Source: Piromyces finnis finn
Taxonomy: Eukaryota > Fungi > Neocallimastigomycota
Direction: 5' to 3'
Length of the DNA: 64,000 bases
Assembly (NCBI GenBank): GCA_002104945.1
Contig: MCFH01000013.1
Location: 868,001 to 932,000 of the forward strand
Shown here: positions 26,419 to 45,275 of the stretch, in pieces
Position numbering within the stretch: position 1 is the first letter of the stretch
How the letters are laid out: each line of letters starts with the position of its first letter
Made by a program: the position numbers and the translations under genes
The notes under the pieces: model-generated
The model's input: the letters and a program-made list of their open reading frames with translations, nothing else
What the model was told of the DNA's origin: nothing
The model's database searches: none

Positions 26419-28008
26419 TTTCAAATTAATTAATTATTAACAAATTTAAATTATATAATATAAAATTTATTCATCCCAACTTTGTTACAATAAATAAAAA
26501 AATTATAACTTATATATCTATATTTTTTTTATATAATTAAATACTTGAGAATATTTTAAATAATGAAAATAAAACAAAAAAAAAAAAAAAAAAGAAACTA
26601 TTAAAATAAACTTTATATTTATGAATTTTTCACATTAATAAACGTGATTTCACATGATTTAAAAAATTAATCTATACTTTATTAATTGTATGAGAAATAT
26701 TGAATTGTGAATTTTAATCCTAATATTTTTATTTTGATATTAAATTAAATATATTATTTTATAATATTCCATAACCTATTTTTATTTTATAATTATACTA
26801 TTAAGGTTTTTTTTATTAGTATTATAATTATATTAATTAAAATTTACTTTTTAAATGGGATGAAATCGTACACAATGAAATGGTATATGTTCTTATTATT
26901 GGTTATTTAATCGTAAAAATATTATTGAAATCTTACCATTAAAAAAATTTTGTGGTAGTATTTCAATATTTTTTTAATTATTAAAACTATAATATGAGTG
27001 TTTTGATTCCATTATATCCAGTCAAACAAATGCAAATAAAAAATAAATAAATAAGGAGATAAATAAATATATATAAGCAATACATAAATACATAAACATA
27101 AATATATAAATAATATATTCAAATGCAGTGTAGTAGCACTTTTTAAATTATGAAACTAATTTTTATATAGATAAATAAAATAAAATAATTGCTGCTGCAA
27201 TGAAAACTTAATACTTTTACTATAATTTCTTTTTCAAAGATTAATTTATATACTTTAAATATTAATTATGTGTCATACTTTAAATTCATCAAATATTTTA
27301 GTAAGTATTTATTACAGATATTAAATAAATAAATATTTATAAGAATCAAAGTATTTTGAAATTATACATATAAGCTTTTATTTTTTTATTATAAAGTTTC
27401 ATTATAATACTTTTTTATTTGTATTTTGTTATTGTTTTTATTTTTGTTATTTTACTTTTTGGTTGTTATTGAATATAAATTAAAGTTAATTTTTAGTTTT
27501 TGAAAATAAAAGATTATTAAAATGAATTTTCGTTGAATAATATGAAATTAAGAATTAATTAAAAAAAATTAATTAAAATTTTAATTACTAATTTATATTC
27601 TGTTTTTTTTTTTTATTTTATTTTTTGTTAGTTTTCTTTCTTATATAAATAAGATTTAAATAGTTGTATATAAAATGATAATATGTAAAATTGATGTTGA
27701 TGTTGTATACGATGATATTATAATACTATTTAAATATAATAAAAAGAATGAAAAAAATCGAAGATAAAATAAATATAAATAATGTATAATAATCTAAACC
27801 TAAATATTTTAAATAAATTTTTATATAAATTTCTTTTTTTTTTTTTTTAAACTTTATTAATAAACAAATGGTTCATTATTTGTTTACTTAAAATATATTA
27901 GAATTAACTTGGTTTATTTTAAAAATATTTTTATATATAATTATTTCTCTTTTTTTTTTTTTTTTGTTCAATTTTGTTTTTAAGAAAGTAATATAATTTA
28001 ATTTAATC

Positions 28009-31000
28009 ATGACGTTTTCAGACTGTGATATAATAAATGATATTTTTAAGGAATTAAAATATAAAAATGATAAAAGTTATTCGGGATATTCGTGTTGGTA
28101 ATACTATAAATAATTTATTAGCTTTATAATTTAAAATTTAAAATGAGCAGCAGAATTCAATAGTAATATTTTATTTATATTAAATTATTATCTAGTAAAT
28201 TAGATAATATAAAATGTTCAGAAAACCATTTAGTCAAGAGCTTGTATGAAAACAAGGATTAAATAAAACAAATTAATTATTATAATATATATAAATATTC
28301 GAAGTATTAATGATAATTTATTATATAACATTAGAAAAATATCTGGTATTAATTTAGAGAAAGATATGAAGTTTCCAGAGTCAATTGTTCAATTAAGGAA
28401 TTTAACAACAATGTAATAAATATATATATAATATATATTTTTAGTTTTAATTTTAATTCAATATTTAATTTTTAAAAAATAATATTTTTAAATATATTAT
28501 TATATACTTTAATTATATGCTATATTATAGTGATATTAGCAACAATAAAGTAAGAAAAATAATATTGAATATATATATATATAATAAATATAAATTAATA
28601 TATAAAATATTCTATTTATTATTATAGAAATTTACTGATTTTCCACAATTAAAAGATAACACTTTTATAAAAATGTAAATAAATTTATTATTTAAATATG
28701 GATGTGAATATTGTCTATTTATTATTTGTTATATATATTTATAATGAAAATTTATTATTTACTCGTATTAAATAATAGCAATTTAAGTAATACCTCTATT
28801 TCACAACCTTTTCCTGAATGGCTCTTGAATCAAAGTTCATTAAAAGAATTGTAAATTATATTTAATTGATATTCTTAAATAATCACTTTCTTTTTTAATT
28901 AATAACCAATTCTCATAATTATTTATTTTATAAAGAAATTTATCGAATACCTTAATAACAGAAAGTCCATCAAAAAAAAATTGCTTATTTAAAAAATCAA
29001 TAAAAGTATGCGATTTACATAATACCCCTTTATGTAATAAATTATTAAAGAATGAAACAATTAATATTTCACTTCCAAAAATTTGTAAAGATTCATGTGG
29101 TAATAATTTTAATTTCTTTTTTAATATATATTTATATATTTAAATTTATTTTTTATTAAATAATAATATTAATTTATTGTTTATTTCATTATAGTTGTTC
29201 TCTCCAGTAATCCTAATACAAATAAAAATAACACAACAAAAATTAATAAGAATGATAAAACCACAAGTCTTGCTACTATTAATAATAATAACAATACAAT
29301 AACTATTATATCAGACATCCCATCAACAGAATCTACAAAACCTATAAAAAATAATAAAGTAGATTATCATACAACACATTTGATTGTTTTTTCAATAGGC
29401 TTTTTTTTACTCTTAATTGGATTCATAGTGATGTTAGTATATCGTTACCATAAAAAGAAAAACAGTAAGGAAAAATATATATTCTATACAAATGATAAAT
29501 CGGATGATTCATCGGGATTTAGAAAATTCTTCCCATTTAATACATTTAAAGATGCCGATACATATGCTAATAAAAATAGGGCTACTAAAACTATTTTAGA
29601 TAGTAATAATGTAATAATGTTTAATGTTGATGAATGTGTAATTAATACTTCAGAGATACAACCTAATTTACCAAATAATAATAAAAATAATAATCATAAA
29701 AAGGTTTCAAAAATTTTAAATATATACAATGCTTTCATAAGTAATTGCAAAGATTGTCATGTTAACTTTGTTATTTTTATTGATTCATTACTACGAATAA
29801 AAATTGATGACAAAATGAATAAGAAAAGTAATAAAGTACAAAAGAAGAAAAAAAATAAAAAACAAACCAAATCAGAAAATAATATTGAAACATCAGAAAT
29901 TCCATTTGGTCAAATAATATCAGACGATGAAATAGAATGTTGCTATAATAGTTCAAATATTAATATTGCTGAATTTGAAAATACGTTAAATGGTGACACC
30001 TTAGAAAAATATAGTAATAAATCAAATAAAAGTGCTAATGGTCCAGAAATATTAAATAATGTAAACATGTTTCCATCATCAAAAAATATTTCAGAAAATG
30101 AAAAAGCAAATTTATGGAATTCTATTCCTGTATCAAATATTAAAGATAGAGATAAATATACAAAGAGTGAATATTTTATTGATATTATTAATGATAATAC
30201 AACAATAAATTCAGAAACATCTAATGACACAGAAACAAAATTAGATAATAATGATAATAAATATCCATCTATTAGTCAAGAGAAGAATTATAATAATATT
30301 TTTAATTCAGATGATATAAAAGTTCCAGAAAACACTGCATCTAATGGAAACTTTAGAATATCAGCAATAACTGACGGCAATAAGAATTCTAATAACACTA
30401 ACAGTACTACATCAGCTACATCATATAATAATGAATATGATAGAAATAATAAAATTAATGATGAAAATAGAATAATTAATGTTGAAAAAGATGAAGTTGA
30501 TAGTTTAATTATTAAAGATAGTGATGATGAGAAAAAATTATCATGGACATCTAGTAAAAGAGATTCTGGAATAAATAGTTTTAGTAAAAAAGTTTCTGAA
30601 TTTCTATCTTTAAATTTTAGTAAGCATAGTTCTTTAGTGATGGAGTCATTAAATGAAAAAATTTTTGAATCCAATTCTAAGACCAAACAAAAGGATAGTA
30701 GTGGTAATGAGGAAGATAGTGAAAGATTATTATCAGAAAATTTCAATGAATTGAAAACAGAAGATACACAAAATAATAGTGAAACAATAACAGAGTCAAT
30801 TATTTTTGCAGATAAACCTAAATTTATTGATCACTCAAGCAGTATAAGTAGCTCGATTAATAAATGGACAGGAAAACTTGATTCCATTTTAAATATGTAT
30901 TACACAAATTATTATGAAAATAAAAATAATATGGAATTGGATGAAAAATACGTATTTACAATAGAAAATTCAAATAATGATAAAGAAAGTAATAGTAATA

Positions 31001-32059
31001 ATAAATTATCAAGTAATAAAAAATCTTTTATTTATCCTAGCACTTTAACCTATTTTAATGAAATAAAAAATAAAATTTTAAGACATAACTCTGAAGCCTC
31101 AAATAATATTCAATCGGAACAAATTATAAAAGAAGAAGTAGAAAGTATTAAAAATAATACTATTAAAAATAATAAAAATTCGGATTCCATTCATAGTTAT
31201 AATCCTTTCTTAAATGAAAAAATAAAAAATGCGTACGACTTTAGAAATAGTATTCAAAGTGAACAAATTAATAATAGTAATAATAATAATGATTCATCAA
31301 TATCATGTAGTCTTTACAGTAATAATGAAATTGAAAATAGCATAAATTCAACTTCAAATGATGATATTCAAATATATACCACCGATACAAATATTATTAA
31401 TATCTTTGAAGATAAAGATGACCCATTTGTATATTTATCAAAAAATAACCAAATAAATGTTACGGTTAGTCCTGTTGATGTTAAAAGTTCAAGTTCTACA
31501 TCAAATGATAATAGTATTGATAATATGCTTAATGACATGTTGAAAAATAAATCAAACTCAGTGTTAAATATAAACAATGAATTTGAATTCAATAGTGAGT
31601 TAATAATACCTAGAAAAAGTAGTAAAAGAATAGCTAATAGACAAAGAGATTTACTTTATAGAAATATGAATATTAATGAAAAAAAGAAAGAAATTCCTGT
31701 TAGGTCTTCTTCCATTGATTATATGAAAAATGGATCAGTAAATGAGAATTCTAAATTATTAACTAGAAAATATATGTCTTATTGGAATTATGAAACATTA
31801 AAGGAAGATGAATTAACGGTATACATTGGAGATATAATTTATATTATTAGAGTATTTGATGATGGTAAGAAATAGTAACTCAATTATATATATTTGAAAA
31901 TAATTAGAGTTTAAATAAAGAAATATTTCTAATTAGTTTTTTTTTTTTTAATAATTTATGATATTTTATTTATAAATAGGTTGGATATATGGAAAGAATA
32001 CAAGAACTAATAAAGTTGGTGTTGTGCCTTTCTGTTTACTTGAAAAATTAAATAGTTAA
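28009..32059 (+). CDS. Single-pass LRR ectodomain - TM - long disordered tail - SH3 protein (start uncertain)
   Basis: Small exons at 28022-29099 splice to DCDIINDIFKEL...SCCKLDNIKCSENHLVKSLKISGINL...FPESIVQLRNLTTIDISNNK...INLSNTSISQPFPEWLLNQSSLKELNLSNT...C...C...C. A S/T/N stalk follows, then TM LIVFSIGFFLLLIGFIVMLV and RYHKKK. The SH3 (YWNYETLKEDELTVYIGDIIYIIRVFDDG|WIYGKNTRTNKVGVVPFCLL) is completed across intron 31865-31979. Confidence 0.8.
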
Positions 32060-32254
32060 GAAAATTAAATATTTTTTAAGATATTAATGTATATAAAATA
32101 ATGAGAAAACTTTGTAAATTTAATTAATCATTAGCTATTAATATATAAATCTATTAATATTATCATAAACAATATATTTATTATTATATACTCTTTTAAA
32201 TTAAAAATAAATCAATATTAAGTAATAAAATTATGTTTTTAAAGATAATTATGT

Positions 32255-38551
<6,297 letters not shown>

Positions 38552-39346
38552 TTTTTTTCAATTAATTTTAATTACCCACTAATTATAATACGATTTTGAA
38601 AAAAAATATATATATATATTTATTATTATGTTATTATTTGTTTTTTTTTTTCTTCTTTTTCTTTTTTATTAAATGAGAAATATTTTAATTTAGTATTAAA
38701 AAGATGTAGAAAAAAAGTTTTAGAGTATTATTTATATAATGTGAATAAAAAATATACTTTAAAAATGTATAACAAAAATATTTTTATATGTTTTTTATTT
38801 TAAAAAAGAAAATTAAATTTAAAAGTGTGAATAAATCCAATATAACAAAACATTAAAATAACTTTTTATAATACAATAAAGGCGTTAATCTTTATTTTTA
38901 ATGTGTATTTTTTTTTTTACTTTCTAAGTTTCTAATAAATATATCTTAATATAAAAGATTATTTATCATAATAAAAATTTCTATTTTTTTCTAAAAAAAA
39001 AAAAAGTATTCTATTTTATATATTTTACTTTTAAAATTAGAAATAAATGAAATGTGAAAAAAATTGAATTGAGAAAAAAAAAAAAAAAAAAAAAAAAAAG
39101 ATAATAATAGTGTTATTTTTTTTATATATAGAATTGTAATATTATAAAATTATATACATAATTTTATATAATTTATATATATTACAATCTTTTTATATTT
39201 ATATATGATATTTTTTTTTATTCATGATAAAATGATATATTTTTGTTTTTTTCAAACCATTTCCACTTTATATATATATATATATTATAAGAAATATATT
39301 TTATTATTATTATAAAATATCTCAAATATTAATAGCATATTCTTTT

Positions 39347-39377
<31 letters not shown>

Positions 39378-39379
<2 letters not shown>

Positions 39380-42300
39380 ATTTACCACGTTTAACAATAG
39401 CAAAACTGACTTTTTTGATTGGATCTATATTTTTAATTCTATATAATTTATTTAATTTTTTTTTAATCTTTTTAGAATCTAATGCTTGTTTAAATACGTT
39501 ATCAATTTTTTCTAGTTCAACATTACTTGTATCTTTCAAAATAAATGCCCCAAGTATACTGAAAATGATAATAAAGAAAATGACTATACCGTAGATGATT
39601 AATCTACCCTTGTAAATATATGGAATGCATAAAAATAGAATTAGATGACAACATTGTGACACTAAACAACCTACTGATGAACCAGCAACTCTTGCATGAG
39701 TTGGGAAAATCTCTGCTTGATAAATAACAGGAATGATACTCCATGAACTATTAAAAAGAATAACTAATACTAAAGTAAAATAAACATAAAAGTTTTTTAA
39801 TTTAATAACTGAAAAAGTAAGAACACAAAAAGTGGCAACCAAAATAACCAATCCTCCGTATAATACCACTTTTCTATTTCTACTACAAAGATAGACATTA
39901 ACTGGTATAAAAAGTAAAAATTCAGTGGTATACAAATAAAAAATGTGAAAATAATTATTCAATATCTGGTCACCCAATAAATTGAAATACGAAATAAAAA
40001 TTATGAATTGTATGAACTGTTGAGTTAAATTCATTAATATTATAATGATAAACCGAAGTTTTAAACCCCAATAGAATTGAAAGAAAGGTACTTTTCGATT
40101 ACTTTCTATTTCATTATTAATATTAATTATTTTTTGACTTACAATTGGATCAAAATTAAATTCTTCGAATTGGTGATAGGCTAAACTATCCGATGAAGAA
40201 GTTTTCATTATTAATGTTTTATCAGAAGGATCTATCGTTGATATTATGATTTCTTCATTTTTATTTTCTTTATGATTTTTATCCATCTTATCATCACCAC
40301 TATTATTTATTTTGTCATCTTTAATATTAGTATATTTTGTAGGGTCATTACTGAGGGTTTTATTGTCTAATTTATCATCATTTCTTATATGAATTAAAGC
40401 TTCATTTTTATTAAAAATAACTTTCCTATTCATTTCATTACTATTATATTTTTCTATTTCTTCTTCTTCATCATCATCTTTTATTCTAATAGATACTTTA
40501 TTTTTAGTGGTATTTGATTTCATAATATTATTTATGGGTGATTCCACATTTTCAATATCTAATATGGTATCATCATTATTTAATTTTAAATTTTCTACTG
40601 GATAAATTTTATGGCTATGTTTAGCAATTTTTTGATCTTTCTTTACCGTTTCATATTTTTTTCTCTCTTTATCATGAGTAATTGATCGACCATCATTTTG
40701 ATTAATAACAATAGTCAAGTCATCTATGTATACATTTTTTTTATTAGTATTAGTTGTAGGTGTTGTCGTTGTTGTTGTTGTTGTTGTTGTTATTGTTGCT
40801 GCTGCTGGTGTACTCTTTATACTACTATTTATTTTAGTTGGTTCAGTGTAGTAACGACGATGATTTTTACGATGATGAGGAGTATAAATTTCATTATTTA
40901 TACTTAAAATATCGATAACAATGCTTGATGAGTTGTCATCCTTGGGTATTAAATTTTTTTTTGTTTTGGAGTAGACACGTTTGTTATTATTAATTTTTTT
41001 CATAATTTCAGAGTAACTATCATTATCTTTTGATGTACGTTCATGTATTGTTGGTATTTCTGGATGAATAATTACTACAGAATTATTAGTATGTAATTTT
41101 GATTTTGTTTTTACCGTATTATTAAATTCTAATTTAAAGGATGATGATAATTTTGAATGTGATTTATAGAAAACTGAGGAACTTTTATAGTAATCTGGAT
41201 TAAATATGATATCAAGACTATCATCATTTTTATACTTTACAAGTTTATCATGAATATATGGATCCATTGATCTTCCTTTTCTATGTCTTTTCATTCTCCT
41301 TTCCTTTTCTTTTTCCACTTCCATTTGTTTTTTATGTTCCGACTCTTTTTCCATTTCCATTTCCATTGATTTTTTATGTTCCGATTTTTTTTTATTCTTT
41401 TCCATTTCCATTTGTTTTCTATGTTCCGATTCTTTTTCCATTTCTATTTTCATTTGTCTTTTATGCTCCAATTCTTTTTTATTATTATTATTTTCTATTT
41501 CCATTTTCTTTTTTTGTTCGAGTGTTTCTCTCTTACTTTTTATTTCATCCTCTTTTCTTTTATCATTATCTTTTAATTCCATTTTCTGATTTTCATTTTT
41601 TATTTTTATTATAATATTCTCTTTTTTTTCTTTTCTTTTTCTTTTAATTCTTCCTCCTCTCTTTTTAACTGATCCTTCTTCATTTTTTTAATATCATTTT
41701 CTTTTTTCTTTTTTTCTTTTTCTCTTTTCTCTACTTCTGCTTTTTTTATTTCCTCTTTACTTTTTTCCATATTTTCAATAAAATTATCTATTTGATCTTC
41801 CTCATCAATCGCACTATAATATCTTTTTTGAGGTGAGATTAAAGTATTTGATGAAAAGTTATCTTTTTTTTTATTTTTATTTTTAAAATCTTCATTGGTG
41901 TAAATTGAACTGTTATAAAATTCTAATTGATTCACCAATTTTTCCTCCTCCTCCTCGGTTATTGGAACAATTTTACTACTTTTTGGAAAATTTTTTATAC
42001 TCCATCTAGCTATTTTTTTATGATACCGATGAATTTTTTGAAAGAATGACGGTGGTAAATCTTCATCTGAAATTGTGACTAATTTTTTAGGGGTATATAG
42101 ACGATAGAGCGTCTTGAAAGCTTTATTATAATGTTTAGAATAAAAGAGATAGCGTGGTGAATTTGGAATAAAAAAAAAGATGAGTAATAAAAAAATAATG
42201 CATGGAAAAACCTTGATTACTTTTAAAATATTACTGGAATAGTTGGAAGGCTTGTATGGAAATGAAAAAGTTTCAGATTGAAATGTTCTTGGGTTATGAT

Positions 42301-42889
42301 CCCTATCCCATTGACTTCTCATGTCTTCTTCACTCATTACATATTTTTGATTATCATGATGTATTAGAAACATTATAATACCCAAAGCCAATACTCTTCC
42401 AAAATATTTCATTGTCTGAAATGCAGATATAATCATACCTCTTTTTGATTTTGTTGCTAATTCTGCAAGATAGATAGGAGTAATGATTCGAAGGAAAGCT
42501 GTTCCTATACCTCCAAGACAATTTATAGAATAATGGAAATATTTATTAGTAGAAATATTAAAAAGTTGTAAGAAACATGATAATGTAATAAATAAAGATC
42601 CAATAATTAAATGTATTTTTCTACTAATGAAATTTCCTAATAACCAACATATTATCATTCCACCTATTCCACCATAAATATTGAATAAAATACTAGAATA
42701 AGGATCCCATCCATTCTTATATCTTACCGATCCACGTATGGTTTTATAGAGTATTAATGAGTAATCAACCGAAAAAAAAGTATGAAATGTTTTTGTATAT
42801 AATATAAAATTTGTAATGGTATCATAAAAAAAAATAACACATCCACTAAATGACACTGATAAGGTTACAATGACTATATATAAATTCAT
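39378..42889 (-). CDS. Sugar porter family MFS transporter with a very large central cytoplasmic loop; apparent 1-nt frameshift near 41610-41645
   Basis: N-half: PIYLAELATKSKRG and IPNSPRYL. C-half: QQF, YQAEIFPTHAR, DTSNVELEKIDNVF. The two ORFs (41609-42889 and 39378-41582) join through an A-rich stretch that has no GT donor. Confidence 0.85.
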
Positions 42890-43168
42890 TTTATATGTTT
42901 TTACTTTTTTACTATAATTTTACTTTTTAAATATATTGATATTGTTATTGTTACTATGTATAATAATAATTCCTCTTTAAAAATTTTTCTTTTATTACAC
43001 AAAAAATAATTACAATTTATTAGTGATCATCAAAGATAGATTTAATATTCAAAAAAAAAAAAAGTTAAAACTTTATATTCTTTGAAAAAAAAAAAAAAAA
43101 ATCACACATTATTTTTCATTAAAATCATAATATAAAAATCAATGGTATTTTTATGTTTTTATTATTAT

Positions 43169-43204
<36 letters not shown>

Positions 43205-44797
43205 GTATAGTAGTAATGCATGGTATTTTAAAATGAATAATAGTATTTAGTATTTTCATTCTTTTATATAATTATAATATATTTAAGCTTTATAGTTCAT
43301 GTAAAATTAGAAATCAATTTATATTTTTAATTAATTTTTTTTCTAAAAAAACTAAACTTTAAATTATTTATAAATAAATCTTTGAAAAAGTTAAAAGTTT
43401 ATATAATAAATAAAATAGTTATATTTAATTATTATTATTTTTTTCTTTTTTGCTTTTTTGTAATCTAACGACATTTTAGGATAAAGTCATAGTAGTTTGA
43501 AATATTATAAAAAAAAAATAAAGTAATTGTCTATTAAATTTGTATATAGAAAATCGTTAGTGGCAATGGATATATAATTTTAATCGTAATATTAATAATT
43601 TTATATATTAAAAGAGGTGTGATAATCATCACTACAAAACTTTTTTTTTATGTAATATTTAATAATTTTTTTTTATAAATGTTCTTTTATTGACTGTTCA
43701 AAACTTTTAAATTAATATGTTAATTAGTAAAACGATGAAAAAACAGACACACAAAAACCATGACTTTTTTTATTAGTTAACAAAGGTTTGCAACTTTAAA
43801 AAAAATGCCATAAATTTTATTTTATAATTAAATTAGAGATGATGCTCTCTAACCTTATAATATATATTATTTAATCTACCGAATTTTTAAAAATTTAAAA
43901 AAAAAATAAAGGTGTGTGTGTGTGAGTGGTGTATAGAAAGGTAAATAATGATCACCAACAACAATAATAATATTTTTTAAAATTAAAAAAAGTGTATCTT
44001 TTTATATTTTAAAGGTATTATAAACAACTATTATTATATATTGAACAGAATTAACGATCATGATCTGTTATTATTATTATATAGTTTTATTAGTTAGACT
44101 GTTATTCCATACCCTCCTAACGATTATTGTTAGGATTGTCACACTTTTAATTATTTTATATAGGAAACAAAAAGGAATATTTCTTGTAACTTTTTAAATG
44201 AATTTTTATTATTGCATATTTAATTCTAGTTATAAACACCATATTATATATATGCAATAATCTTAGGAAAAATAGTAAACTAACAGAAAGTGTAACAAAA
44301 TAATGGTGTAGTTCAAGTATTATTAGGATAAATCAATAAGATAGTAAAAAGCGTTAATTGAAGTTCAGTAGTTTAGAATTTAATATACTATTGAATAAAC
44401 AAATTTGTGAATCTCATGAAATAATCTTATGACAATAGTATGTCAAAAAAACTTTTCTTAACCAACCTACCACAGTAAGAATTCAATAATTATAACCAAC
44501 ACAATTCTATAGGATAATTGGGAATTGTCCATTCACCTCTTAATCCTTTAAAAATTTTTTAAAAATAAAAGGTTAGATTATACCAAACATTTATTTTGAT
44601 AAGCATTTTTGTGTAACCTTTTTAATTAATTAATTAATTATAAACATTTATTCTTATCTAAAATGTTATTGATAATAAATAAAATATCAATTGATAAATT
44701 AAATTGTTTTATCTTTTAAAATAAATTATCAGGAAAATATGAATAAAAATTTATTAATAAAAAAAACTCATAATAATAAATGAATGAATAAAGTTGT

Positions 44798-44800
44798 GTA

Positions 44801-44887
<87 letters not shown>

Positions 44888-44892
44888 ATAGA

Positions 44893-44925
<33 letters not shown>

Positions 44926-45008
44926 AATTAAATGAATAAACCTATAAATAAATAAATAAATAAATAAATAGATAAATAAATAAATAATTAATTAAATGAA
45001 TAAACCTA

Positions 45009-45047
<39 letters not shown>

Positions 45048-45275
45048 ATAGATAAATAAATAAATAAATAATTAATTAATTAATTAAATGAATAAACCTA
45101 TAAATAAATAAATAATTAATTAATTAAATGAATAAACCTATAAATAAATAAATAAATAGATAAATAAATAAATAAATAATTAATTAATTAAATGAATAAA
45201 CCTATAAATAAATAAATAAATAATTAATTAATTAAATTAATAAACCTATAAATAAATAAATAAATGTATAAATAA
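44798..45275. repeat. Compound (TAAA)n satellite with interspersed AATGAATAAACCTAT units
   Basis: Exact units at 44931, 44995, 45087, 45127 and 45191, plus a variant near 45236. Confidence 0.9.
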
